Of a DNA stretch of 44,548 nucleotides, positions 22,833 to 31,874 are shown one piece after another. The notes beneath the pieces are model-generated. The model was not told the origin of the DNA. It worked only from the letters and a program-made list of their open reading frames with translations, and ran no database searches. Numbering within the stretch: position 1 is the stretch's first letter; every line of letters begins with the position of its first letter. The position numbers and the translations under genes were made by a program. This stretch comes from Candidatus Woesearchaeota archaeon (GTDB lineage Archaea; Nanobdellota; Nanobdellia; UBA10117; JABICX01). The stretch lies in contig CAZGVA010000001.1 of assembly GCA_964528765.1 (NCBI GenBank), positions 1 through 44,548 of the forward strand. Reading direction: 5' to 3'.

Positions 22833-23490
22833 GAGTATAAATGATATTTGAAATATTTAATTGGGTGCCAGGTTCAACATTAAATACCAAACGAACCACA
22901 TCTTTCTGAGATAATTCCATATATATGTTTGATGTTTCATCCATCTCATTTGAAAATTTGCCAGAAACTAACTCTGTACCTTTTTTAATTTCAGGGTGCG
23001 GTAAATCAACTAAATCTGGTTGTTCTTTAATAACCAAAAAATTAGCCGGTTCAATCTTACGATATTGTTCTAAATCTGGTGCATTAAACGATTGATCATT
23101 AACAGACATACCTGTAACTTGTGCTAACCCGTAATCAATTTTTTTAATATTTTCAAAAATCTTTAGATTTTTATCATTTGATTGCAAATATATTTCAACT
23201 TGTCCATCACCAATAATTTCACCAGATATTCCAAAAGAAGTTATTTTTAGTGTTTCGGGTTCTTTAGTTGAAACAATACATAGCTTACTTTCAGTTAATT
23301 CCATATCAACTGCTTGTTCATAAGATTCATATGAAATAAAACCAGTAATTGGATTTGCATCAAATCTTAAGAAAATCATGGGAACAATGACAACAAGCAT
23401 AATCCCAATTACAATTATATACTTATTACTAAAATTACGTGACGGATTTGTGCGTTCACTTAATGAATTATATTGCAAGGACTTACGCAT
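22819..23490 (-). CDS. hypothetical N-terminally membrane-anchored protein, 223 aa
   Basis: Single TM (YIIVIGIMLVVIVPMIFL) after a polar leader; no recognisable domain. Overlaps the next gene by 14 nt. Confidence 0.6.
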   Translation of the reverse strand: MRKSLQYNSLSERTNPSRNFSNKYIIVIGIMLVVIVPMIFLRFDANPITGFISYESYEQAVDMELTESKLCIVSTKEPETLKITSFGISGEIIGDGQVEIYLQSNDKNLKIFENIKKIDYGLAQVTGMSVNDQSFNAPDLEQYRKIEPANFLVIKEQPDLVDLPHPEIKKGTELVSGKFSNEMDETSNIYMELSQKDVVRLVFNVEPGTQLNISNIIYTLDND

Positions 23491-23592
23491 ATTCGTATTA
23501 TCTTCAGTGATATATAATATTATCTTTAGTGATAGATCAATTACAAATTATAATATCTTTTTTTATATTATATTCAATTATGTGATAACAAA

Positions 23593-26500
23593 TTATTTTT
23601 GCTTAAATAATGCACTCATCTTCATACGTTTAGGCATAGTTTTTGCAGATGTTTTTTTCTTAATTGTATGACGTTTCTTATGTTTACGAATAGATTTTCC
23701 TTTATGCTTAAACATACTAGTTTTTGCAATTAATAATGCACCAATAATTACTGCTAGAACTGCAGTAACAATTAATGAAGTTTTTGCAGCAGGCAAACCC
23801 ACATCACGCTCAAGTTCAATTATAGATCCAGTTAAGCCATCCACTTCATACTCACATGCATCACAATCATTGCCTCCGCAATCAACACTTTCTTCATCAT
23901 AATTCCAAATATTATCTGAACAATGTATTGGATTACATTTTCTGGTCTCAATTGGCTTGTCAATTATTGAATTGCAATTACTTACATCCTTACATGTTCT
24001 TGCTTGAGTACCATTCACACAATTATACCAAGTACTACAACTCCACTCTTCGGTACAATTTTGGTTGTTTTTATTTACAACGGTAGCGCCGCCACCATTA
24101 TTATTATCATTATTTCCTGAAGGCGCTGGCGTATCTGCTTCATTTGAAGAAGTATCTACTGAGAAATTAACTGAATCAACATTAGCATTACCTGCAAGAT
24201 CTTCTACATACAAATTAAATGTATACTCTCCATCAGTATCAACTGCAAAAGTTATATCTGTGCAATCTGTCTCAGTATGTGGAATCACCGTATTTTCTGT
24301 AACTGCAAAAGTAACATTATATATACAATTGAGAGTGGTTTCATCCGATACATCATAATCAATGGATATATCTGTTGTTGAACTATATACACCAGTTGGC
24401 TCATCAACAGAAACTGATGGATTAATGGTATCTATACCAAATGTAGCATTACTGGAAAAGCCTTCACGATTCTGTGAATCATTGCAAGTCACTTGCCATA
24501 CATAATAACCTTCAGCTAAATTATCAAGATTAAACAAATTTGATTCTCCATTTGAAACCAACGTTTGATTAGATTGATTGAATTTAAATGTTCCAGTAAA
24601 ATTACTCCAAAGCTCACAAACTGCAAGATTTAAGCCCGATGTAACTGTATAATTGAAATTAATATTTGAACTATCTGATAGCCAAAGGTTATCTGGACTA
24701 TTTACATTAATTGCGGGAGCAGTAGTAACTACTGTAAATGTACTATTATCCTGTCCAAAAAATCCAATTGAATCGTTAGCATACACGTAAATTGTATAAG
24801 TTCCATCAGAAACCGAAAATGTGGAATTATCACAATTTAATATAGTAGTATTGGTTAAGCCTTCATTGAGAGAATACCAACATGAATCGATGGTTGAAAC
24901 ATCAGTAATTTCATATTCCAAAGGAACTGGAACAGATGCATATTGCGATTCTTCTGGAATTAAAATGGTGACAATTGGTGCAGTTGTATCAACTGAAAAA
25001 TCAATACTTGAAGAATTTTCATTTCCTGCAAGATCAACACAATAAATAATTAATGAATTACTACCTTCTGAAGCCGTTATGGTAGTATTTGGTGTGAACG
25101 TTGTATTTGATACGCCATCATCAAAAGAATATTTCCATGTGCTAATTTCTTCATTTGATGAAACATTAATATCGACTAAAGGTGTTATATATATGGTATT
25201 TTCAGGTCTAGCAATCTCAACGGATGGGTATATTGAATCAACACTAAATGTAACTGAATCACTTGCTTCTTCCCCCAAAGTATCATTAACATAAACATAG
25301 ATTGTATATTCACCATCATCAGCCATATCAAAAGTAAGATTATTACAAGAAGCTATAATTATATTCGACCCCTCATCAAGATTATACCAGCAGGAATCAA
25401 TATTATCGTCTGAATCTGCCACTTCATATTCTAAAGAAATTCCAGTCTGATATGTATAGGTATCTTCTTCTTCAGGAGCTAAAATAGATATTGTTGGTGC
25501 AGCGTTTAATATAGTATAATCTACGGTAACATTGTATAGGGCTGGAGCAGTATTGTAATTATTTGTTTCAAGCGAAACAAAATATTGGAAATATTGATTA
25601 TCTGAAATTGAAAGAGTTTGCGGAGATTGGTCAGCAATATCTATCCAAATTTCACCTGAACATGACGAATCAGCACAACTACGAATTTTGAAATCTAAAA
25701 TCGTTTCTTGAGCAACAGTGATTGTACCTTTAATATCACCATTTCCGCCATTAAAATTAATTGCAGATTTTGACCAAGTTATACCGTCTGTAGAATTCCA
25801 TACATCCTCATCAGCTTCAAAAATATATGCCATGTCACCAATAATTGTACTTGATTTTACATGTTGACCCTCTCCGGAATTATAATCATCACTTGTTTTG
25901 GTCCATGTTCCATGCGCATCTGAAGCTCGCCAAATATCATCATCACCTTCAACAACATAATAATATTGAGAAGTTACAATAAATGCGCCATTTGAATTAC
26001 CTTCTCCGTCATTAAAATCATCCTTAACAAGATTCCAAGAAGTTCCATCTAATGAATTCCACACATCAGATTGTGAGTCAACAACCCATAACGTACCGTC
26101 AGCATCAATATCCATTCCCTTAATATTACCATTTCCATCATTAAAATCATCATATACTTTTGTAAATGTAATTGCATTATCTATTGAAACCCATACATCT
26201 TCATTGCCATCAATAATGAACAATGCACTGCCATTATATTCTATAAATTTACTACTTGAGCCACTATCTGAATTAAAATCATCATTTATTTTTGTGAATG
26301 ATTGAGCAAAATCTGCTCCACGCCAGACATCCTGGTTATCAATAACATAAAAATAATTACCATCATAAGCAAGTCCATCAGCATCATTACCAACACCACC
26401 ATTATAATCATCTAAAACTAGTGTCCAAGTAAAACCCTGATCAATTGATTTCCAAATATCACTACTAGAATCTACGGCATATAATAAATAAGATTGGAAT

Positions 26501-27411
26501 GAATCAGATTCCCATTCAAACGTATTCCAAGAAGAATCTGCGCTAGCAGTATATATGTCTGAAGTATATGTTCCATTATTACCTGCACCATATTTCGCAG
26601 ACTGTCTTTGATAAATATTATAAATTTCTGAACGCGTTAAAGTTCGATTCCAAATAGCCACTTCATCAATAATTCCATTGAAAAAGTTACTTGGTCCGCC
26701 AGAATCCCATTCTTGTCCTACACTTGCTCTATCCGTATCGATTAAATCAGTGGTGATGGTTATATGTTCACGATCCAAATAACCGTCAACAAAAATACCT
26801 GAACGAGATCCATTAGTTTGAGCTACAACATAGTGCCATTCGCCATCAGAAATATCTACATAACCATTGCTTCCTTCAATTGATGCGTACCCTGCTGCCA
26901 TTTCTAATCGCCACTTATTATTATTAGCTGAGTCATGGAATGTAATTAAACCGGCATCTGTCGAACTATCTGCTTTAAGCCATAGCGCAACAGTAAAAAC
27001 ATCATCTAACTCTTCAGTAACACTATCGAACGAAAGATAATCATTTGATCCATCAAAATCTAATGCATTTCCTAATCGACCACTTGCAGAGTAAGTTGCA
27101 CCTTCATTTGTTCCATCATGATCATTACCTGAATAATCTAAGATTGTTCCAGATGTCTCATTAAGATGAAATAACACAACATTACCCGTCATATCAATGT
27201 AACCATCATCTTGCTGATCTGCCAGTAAATCTTTCTCTACATCATCCCATAACGCGAGAGTTAATGCGGTTGAATTATGTTCAGTATTATTATATTCACC
27301 AGTTTGAAGCGAAGTAAACATTTGTGTAGCAAATCCCGCCGACAAACCAACTGAAAGTAATAGTATTAAAGCAAATACTCTATAGAGCCCACTCTTTCTA
27401 TACATACTCAT
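23593..27411 (-). CDS. large surface protein, 1272 aa: signal peptide, LamG_3-like domain, six Asp-box (BNR) repeats, five Ig-like repeats, Cys-rich stalk, C-terminal TM anchor with basic tail
   Basis: Signal peptide: MSMYRKSGLYRVFALILLLSVGLSAGFA. LamG: LFHLNETSGTILDYSGNDHDGTNEG...GNALDFDGSNDYL...EWHYVVAQTNGSRSGIFVDG...IDEVAIWNRTLTRSEI. Asp-boxes: SIDQGFTW, SIDNAITF, SLDGTSW, ASDAHGTW, STDGITW at ~45-aa spacing. Five ~85-aa repeats ending ..SV(T/N)FSVD(T/S). Stalk: CTEEWSCSTWYNCVNGTQARTCKDVSNC. TM: TSLIVTAVLAVIIGALLIA, followed by a K/R-rich tail. Confidence 0.75.
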   Translation of the reverse strand: MSMYRKSGLYRVFALILLLSVGLSAGFATQMFTSLQTGEYNNTEHNSTALTLALWDDVEKDLLADQQDDGYIDMTGNVVLFHLNETSGTILDYSGNDHDGTNEGATYSASGRLGNALDFDGSNDYLSFDSVTEELDDVFTVALWLKADSSTDAGLITFHDSANNNKWRLEMAAGYASIEGSNGYVDISDGEWHYVVAQTNGSRSGIFVDGYLDREHITITTDLIDTDRASVGQEWDSGGPSNFFNGIIDEVAIWNRTLTRSEIYNIYQRQSAKYGAGNNGTYTSDIYTASADSSWNTFEWESDSFQSYLLYAVDSSSDIWKSIDQGFTWTLVLDDYNGGVGNDADGLAYDGNYFYVIDNQDVWRGADFAQSFTKINDDFNSDSGSSSKFIEYNGSALFIIDGNEDVWVSIDNAITFTKVYDDFNDGNGNIKGMDIDADGTLWVVDSQSDVWNSLDGTSWNLVKDDFNDGEGNSNGAFIVTSQYYYVVEGDDDIWRASDAHGTWTKTSDDYNSGEGQHVKSSTIIGDMAYIFEADEDVWNSTDGITWSKSAINFNGGNGDIKGTITVAQETILDFKIRSCADSSCSGEIWIDIADQSPQTLSISDNQYFQYFVSLETNNYNTAPALYNVTVDYTILNAAPTISILAPEEEDTYTYQTGISLEYEVADSDDNIDSCWYNLDEGSNIIIASCNNLTFDMADDGEYTIYVYVNDTLGEEASDSVTFSVDSIYPSVEIARPENTIYITPLVDINVSSNEEISTWKYSFDDGVSNTTFTPNTTITASEGSNSLIIYCVDLAGNENSSSIDFSVDTTAPIVTILIPEESQYASVPVPLEYEITDVSTIDSCWYSLNEGLTNTTILNCDNSTFSVSDGTYTIYVYANDSIGFFGQDNSTFTVVTTAPAINVNSPDNLWLSDSSNINFNYTVTSGLNLAVCELWSNFTGTFKFNQSNQTLVSNGESNLFNLDNLAEGYYVWQVTCNDSQNREGFSSNATFGIDTINPSVSVDEPTGVYSSTTDISIDYDVSDETTLNCIYNVTFAVTENTVIPHTETDCTDITFAVDTDGEYTFNLYVEDLAGNANVDSVNFSVDTSSNEADTPAPSGNNDNNNGGGATVVNKNNQNCTEEWSCSTWYNCVNGTQARTCKDVSNCNSIIDKPIETRKCNPIHCSDNIWNYDEESVDCGGNDCDACEYEVDGLTGSIIELERDVGLPAAKTSLIVTAVLAVIIGALLIAKTSMFKHKGKSIRKHKKRHTIKKKTSAKTMPKRMKMSALFKQK

Positions 27412-27502
27412 ATATAGAATATATAACCATAGTATATAATAATTATTTACTCCTTAATTACAATAACAGAAATGTCTTTAAGATTAATCTACGCGTTACT
27501 AA

Positions 27503-28183
27503 CTAAATTAACTCCTCTGCATTAATTAATGTTCGTGGCCAGGAATCTTCAACAAGTCTTGGACAAGCAGTATTTATCCAAACATCAATGTCTTGAAAAT
27601 TTAGCATGTTTTCTGCAGTGATTATATCTGAAATGAATGTATATGTGTTTGAAAATCTCTTTTGTACTTTTTTAGCTAAGTTTGGCTTGTATTGACCTGG
27701 CTTTGTTGACAGAATAATTCCTACTTTATTAGCCTGTTTTAATTTATCCACTCTTGCTGCTTGTTTAGCAAGATATTTCCTATTGTCTTGTTCAGTAAAC
27801 ACTTTCATATGCATAGAAAATGGATTAATTTTTATCACCGGTTTACTTGTTTCAATAGTAATCTCAATTGGATGAAACTCGCCAGTACCAATATATAGAA
27901 AAGCATCAACTTTCATGGATTTTGATGCAGTTGCATCACATCCAAGTATTTGACCTGCATACGTAGTACAAGGTCCTTGACAATCTTTCGTTTTCTTTGA
28001 TTTACCAATTAAAACTTTCAAACCTTGTGATTCAAGATATTTTTTAGCTTTATTTAATTGTCCAATATGTTGGACTGTTGTAAATAATCCAATTATTTGA
28101 TATTTCTGAATTTGTTTAAGATTTTTTCTAATTGATTTAACAATATCTTGATCTGACCTTGCTTCAATGAACATAGTTTGCAT
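27503..28183 (-). CDS. dph2: 2-(3-amino-3-carboxypropyl)histidine synthase (diphthamide synthesis Dph2), C-terminal fragment (domains 2-3), 226 aa
   Basis: TTVQHIGQLNKAKKYLESQGLKV...AGQILGCDA...FLYIGTGEFHP...INPF...VGIILSTKPGQ...IDVWINTACPRLVED match archaeal Dph2 from just after its first domain. Own ATG, and a TTTTAAATATA box about 22-32 nt upstream. Confidence 0.8.
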   Translation of the reverse strand: MQTMFIEARSDQDIVKSIRKNLKQIQKYQIIGLFTTVQHIGQLNKAKKYLESQGLKVLIGKSKKTKDCQGPCTTYAGQILGCDATASKSMKVDAFLYIGTGEFHPIEITIETSKPVIKINPFSMHMKVFTEQDNRKYLAKQAARVDKLKQANKVGIILSTKPGQYKPNLAKKVQKRFSNTYTFISDIITAENMLNFQDIDVWINTACPRLVEDSWPRTLINAEELI

Positions 28184-28217
28184 AGTATATACTGTAAAAT
28201 ATATTTAAAAGGTTAAT

Positions 28218-29267
28218 CTATCTCAATCTAAACGCATAATGTACTTTCCCTTTTTTTTCAATAATATCAAAGTATCCTTTTAATTTAGCTATCTGTCGAT
28301 TACGAGGCAGATTATGTTCACGAATATCTCCGTTATCGTTGAATAAAATATTATGCAGTTGAGCTTCTGTAAATCTTGTTTTATAAAATCCTTCATCAAC
28401 AATTACACCTGCGAAATCATTAACCACTTTCCTAAATTGTTCGTTAGTAAGATTAAAATGGTGTGCTTTACGGTAATCTTGTTGTATATGTATAGCTTTT
28501 ACGGGAAAGCCAGCACGTGCTAATGTTGCTTGTGCAATCTTAAATTCTTCAATTGATTCGAAAACACCTGTATCCAATAATGGTTGAATGCCAGTCATCT
28601 GAAGTATTTTTTTATAACGTCTCATACCAACACCTAAAAATTTACGATACACCGTAGTATTGTAACTATATGGTTTTTTAGGCATCCATTCAAGGTAAAT
28701 AATTCCCGCAATACTTTTTCTAAGTTTTAGCAAGCCCATATAATAATCGCTAATTGCTTTTTCACTATCATGAATATATGATTTATCACCAACACGCATT
28801 TCAACACAGACCCTTGCTGGATGAATAACAAATGATCTAAATCCTAATTTATTTGCTTTTAAAATAAATGCTTCAAGTAATTGAAAGGTATTATAGAATT
28901 TACGTGTAGCTTTGTCCCATTCAGGATATACGTCATCATATCTTGAACCTACGGGAACATGTAATCGAATATTACGTAAAGGTATCTTCTTAGAAACTAA
29001 AATAGCTTTTAACTCAACTAAACGATTAAGAAATACTGATTGTAAGTCATTATTATAGTAATCATTTTTATCTAAACCCATACCTACCTCAATTGTGACA
29101 AATTTCAACTCAATAATATCATCTAAGAACTTTTCAAAATCTTCATTGAAAATTACAGACTTTGCAAGAACGATTTTTCCTTCTTCAAACATCTGAGAAA
29201 TATACTCCCAACTATTAAATAAATTACGTCTATAATGATTAAAATTTAAAAAAAAAGAAAAATCCAA
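28218..29267 (-). CDS. hypothetical protein, 349 aa; possibly a xylose-isomerase-like / AP-endonuclease-2-like TIM barrel (tentative)
   Basis: Alternating strand/helix pattern with strand ends FVTIEVG, IRLHVPVG, FVIHPAR, IIYLEWMP, PLLDTG, AIHIQQD and GVIVDE. No firm family call. Confidence 0.3.
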   Translation of the reverse strand: MDFSFFLNFNHYRRNLFNSWEYISQMFEEGKIVLAKSVIFNEDFEKFLDDIIELKFVTIEVGMGLDKNDYYNNDLQSVFLNRLVELKAILVSKKIPLRNIRLHVPVGSRYDDVYPEWDKATRKFYNTFQLLEAFILKANKLGFRSFVIHPARVCVEMRVGDKSYIHDSEKAISDYYMGLLKLRKSIAGIIYLEWMPKKPYSYNTTVYRKFLGVGMRRYKKILQMTGIQPLLDTGVFESIEEFKIAQATLARAGFPVKAIHIQQDYRKAHHFNLTNEQFRKVVNDFAGVIVDEGFYKTRFTEAQLHNILFNDNGDIREHNLPRNRQIAKLKGYFDIIEKKGKVHYAFRLR

Positions 29268-29273
29268 ATCTAT

Positions 29274-29558
29274 CTATTTAATCTTTGAAAAGATTTGGAA
29301 AACCATCGTAATGGCTCCGATTAGCACTAAAACAAATGCAATTACTATGAAGATCAATTCGACCCAAGGAACGATACGACCGATAACTTGTACTCCCTCT
29401 GCTGTCTTGACTACTGCGCCAAGAAGTAAGAATACTGCTCCGGATGCAACGTAACTTAACTCTTTTTTGATTAAATCAACGTAACCACTATATTTCAAGA
29501 ATGCTAATCCCAAAAGTAGGCCAATACCTACACCAAGTGTTCCTTCAAAACCTAACAT
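29274..29558 (-). CDS. small membrane protein, 94 aa (about 3 TM helices)
   Basis: Gly/Leu/Val-rich hydrophobic segments. 6 nt upstream of the 349-aa ORF; own AT-rich upstream region. Confidence 0.55.
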   Translation of the reverse strand: MLGFEGTLGVGIGLLLGLAFLKYSGYVDLIKKELSYVASGAVFLLLGAVVKTAEGVQVIGRIVPWVELIFIVIAFVLVLIGAITMVFQIFSKIK

Positions 29559-29646
29559 TGCTTTTCACCTATAATTTAAGTTGACTACCTATATACTCTG
29601 TTCTATATAAATATAATTTATTACTATAACAAAACAAAAACATGGA

Positions 29647-29895
29647 TTAAATTTTAGAATGACCAAAATTAATTACTAAATCAAATTTTAAATTAGATAA
29701 CTGGGAGGGAATATCGCATGCCCCAAAATTACTTCCAAACCAAACCTGAACATCGGCATTAGTTTTTTTCTTTAAGATATCAACAATTTTAGTTGCTTTT
29801 GGTTTTAAACCATCTGGTAATTGAATACAAACTTTCTTTGCATTAGATTTCTTAATTGCATTTACAATTTTATTAAGTTCAAAATCAACTTCCAT
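29647..29895 (-). CDS. dph2: diphthamide synthesis Dph2, N-terminal fragment (domain 1), 82 aa
   Basis: KKVCIQLPDGLKPKATKIVDILKKKTNADVQVWFGSNFGACDIP...FDLVINFGHS is the Dph2 N-terminal signature (..alQfPdGL....yGACd....d.l.H.GHs). It stops two codons after GHS. Confidence 0.8.
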   Translation of the reverse strand: MEVDFELNKIVNAIKKSNAKKVCIQLPDGLKPKATKIVDILKKKTNADVQVWFGSNFGACDIPSQLSNLKFDLVINFGHSKI

Positions 29896-29927
29896 AAATA
29901 TATAAATGAAAAAAAGTTTATAAATAT

Positions 29928-30227
29928 ATGGTTAAGCGGACAGTTACTCAAGCAAAACTTGCGAAATATAAGAAATTAACAGAAAAAGCACTTAATATGG
30001 TTAAAATTAAAGCGGATATTAGTGCTAAAGATAAAAAAATCTGTGAAAAATATATTGATTTTTGCTCTAGATACTTATCAGATGCTAATCATTTTGAAGA
30101 TAAAGGGGACTTCGTAACTGCTTTTGCAGCCATTAATTATGCTCATGCGTGGCTAGATGCTGCGGCTATTGCGGGTTTTCTAGATATAAAACACAAAAAT
30201 AGAAATAAATATTTTACAATTGATTAG
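29928..30227 (+). CDS. DUF357-like small archaeal protein, 99 aa
   Basis: YLSDANHFEDKGDFVTAFAAINYAHAWLDAAAIAGFLD resembles the DUF357 core (..D..f...gD...A.a..sYa.GwLDag...G). Confidence 0.45.
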   Translation: MVKRTVTQAKLAKYKKLTEKALNMVKIKADISAKDKKICEKYIDFCSRYLSDANHFEDKGDFVTAFAAINYAHAWLDAAAIAGFLDIKHKNRNKYFTID

Positions 30228-31836
30228 CTTCTTCAAGCTTACGTTTAAGATTACGTATTTGCCATTCTAACTCGGAAACTAATTGTGACCGTTTAAAATC
30301 TTCTTCAGACGTATGTTCACCTGCAGCACGTCTCTGTGCTTCTTTTGAAACTTGCTCAGTTAAACTTCGTTCAAGTTGCTCAAACTGAAATATAAGATGC
30401 TTAAAATCATGCATATCTTCTGAACCTGATAAATAAGTATTTTCTGAAGAATTAGATTCATCAGTTGTGTTTGAAGCACCATAATCAGATGAACTTGTTT
30501 GTTCAGATGATTGTTGTATTGGTTGAATTATTTCAAGCGAATTTCCACTAAATTTAATATCTTGTCCATCTTCAATGGATTTAGTATTATTTTGTATTAT
30601 TGCTGGAACTGAAAAATCTTTACAAATCTGAATTGCTGGTGAAGTCAAACCCGTAGAACCACAAACATAACCTTTTGCTTGAACTAAATATGGGAACAAC
30701 TCTCTTTCAGATTCATTTGTCACAAGGATACTCTCCGTAGTAAACTTTTGAAAATCATCATTAGTTGAAATTAATGTAGCTTGTCCCTCAGACGTTAAAT
30801 TATTTATTAAAATGCCTTTATCGGTATAAATTAGGGGTTTACTAAATAATTGTGTAATCGGTCTAGTTTGCAAAATATGAATTGAATTACGAACAATTGC
30901 CCATTCGATATATTGTGGAAAATTCATGATACTCTCAACTTGCGCAGACAAATCTGATAGAGCTTTACGTTCACCTTCTGAAAGAGTTGGTGACGGAGAT
31001 AAATTTGAAGGCAATGTTTCTAATAATAATTCACCAAACTGCGCATTTTTTGTATAGTATTTTTGCTGATTAACTTCTTTAACATAATTTACTACATTTG
31101 TTTGCTTATTAAATACAAAAACTGCTGGATTGTGCAACATTCCTGCATTCATGCCCCAAATAACTTGCGCATATATATCTGTTTTTGAATTTTTAATTGG
31201 ATCAATTGTAAACATATCACCCGATTTAACTGCATGAACCATTTTCTGTACAATTACTGAAACTGAAAAATCAAAATGACCTATATTGTGTTTATACCGA
31301 TAGTATATAGCCCATGGCGAAAAAATCGAGGCTAGTGCACTCTTTAATCCTTCACAAACTTGCTCAATTCCATAAACATTAAGTGACGATTCAAACTGAA
31401 ATGGAAAATTCTTTGTAGGTGAAAGTCGAATAGCTAAAAACGGTAAATCTCGACCCGACGTAACTAATTGTCTAGTTAATGCACTCATATTTTCATGGTC
31501 AGGGTGCTCATTGATTTTTTTATAATTATCTAATAATAAATTCTGAATTTCTGGAGTAATCGTAAATCTTGAAAATATGGTTTTTATTGTATTTGATGCT
31601 TCGTATGCACTTTTAAGATCTGAAACCATTGAAAGGGCAGATTCGATTTCTGTGCGGAATGCGTGTATTATACCATCATAAAATTTGGAATCAATAACAA
31701 AAGCATTTGGTACAGGTAATTTATGATTATATAATTCTGCAAGATATGCTACCTTTTCACCAAAATAATCTGCGTCAGATAAGGATAGATTTTTCAACCA
31801 GTGAATCAAAGATTTGTCCATATAATAAGAACACAT
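30214..31836 (-). CDS. PEP synthase / pyruvate phosphate dikinase-like protein (ATP-grasp PPDK_N-like domain plus swivel domain), lacking the C-terminal PEP/pyruvate domain and the catalytic His; acidic/Ser-rich linker and coiled-coil tail
   Basis: N-terminus: DADYFGEKVAYLAELYNHKLPVPNAFVIDSKFY (GGK..NL.EL...g.pVP.GF type). Swivel domain: ILVTNESERELFPYLVQAKGYVCGSTGLTSPAIQICKDFSVPAI, against the consensus GG.TSHAAI.ARE.G.PAV. Confidence 0.6.
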   Translation of the reverse strand: MCSYYMDKSLIHWLKNLSLSDADYFGEKVAYLAELYNHKLPVPNAFVIDSKFYDGIIHAFRTEIESALSMVSDLKSAYEASNTIKTIFSRFTITPEIQNLLLDNYKKINEHPDHENMSALTRQLVTSGRDLPFLAIRLSPTKNFPFQFESSLNVYGIEQVCEGLKSALASIFSPWAIYYRYKHNIGHFDFSVSVIVQKMVHAVKSGDMFTIDPIKNSKTDIYAQVIWGMNAGMLHNPAVFVFNKQTNVVNYVKEVNQQKYYTKNAQFGELLLETLPSNLSPSPTLSEGERKALSDLSAQVESIMNFPQYIEWAIVRNSIHILQTRPITQLFSKPLIYTDKGILINNLTSEGQATLISTNDDFQKFTTESILVTNESERELFPYLVQAKGYVCGSTGLTSPAIQICKDFSVPAIIQNNTKSIEDGQDIKFSGNSLEIIQPIQQSSEQTSSSDYGASNTTDESNSSENTYLSGSEDMHDFKHLIFQFEQLERSLTEQVSKEAQRRAAGEHTSEEDFKRSQLVSELEWQIRNLKRKLEEANQL

Positions 31837-31874
31837 TATCTGATTAAAAAGTTTGTATAGGGTAGAGAAAATAA

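Noticed and set aside
21832-25294. Plus-strand ORFs 21832..22101, 22199..22513, 23378..23671, 23856..24086, 24065..24358, 24821..25045 and 25079..25294.
   Set aside because: They are antisense shadows of well-supported minus-strand genes (the rpoL-like gene, the DUF4013 fragments, the 223-aa protein and the 1272-aa protein), with no independent signals.
28184-29646. The insert splitting dph2 as a mobile genetic element.
   Set aside because: I recognised no integrase, transposase or homing endonuclease, and no terminal inverted or direct repeats at the borders. The two inserted genes look like ordinary cellular genes with their own promoter. The origin of the insert remains open.
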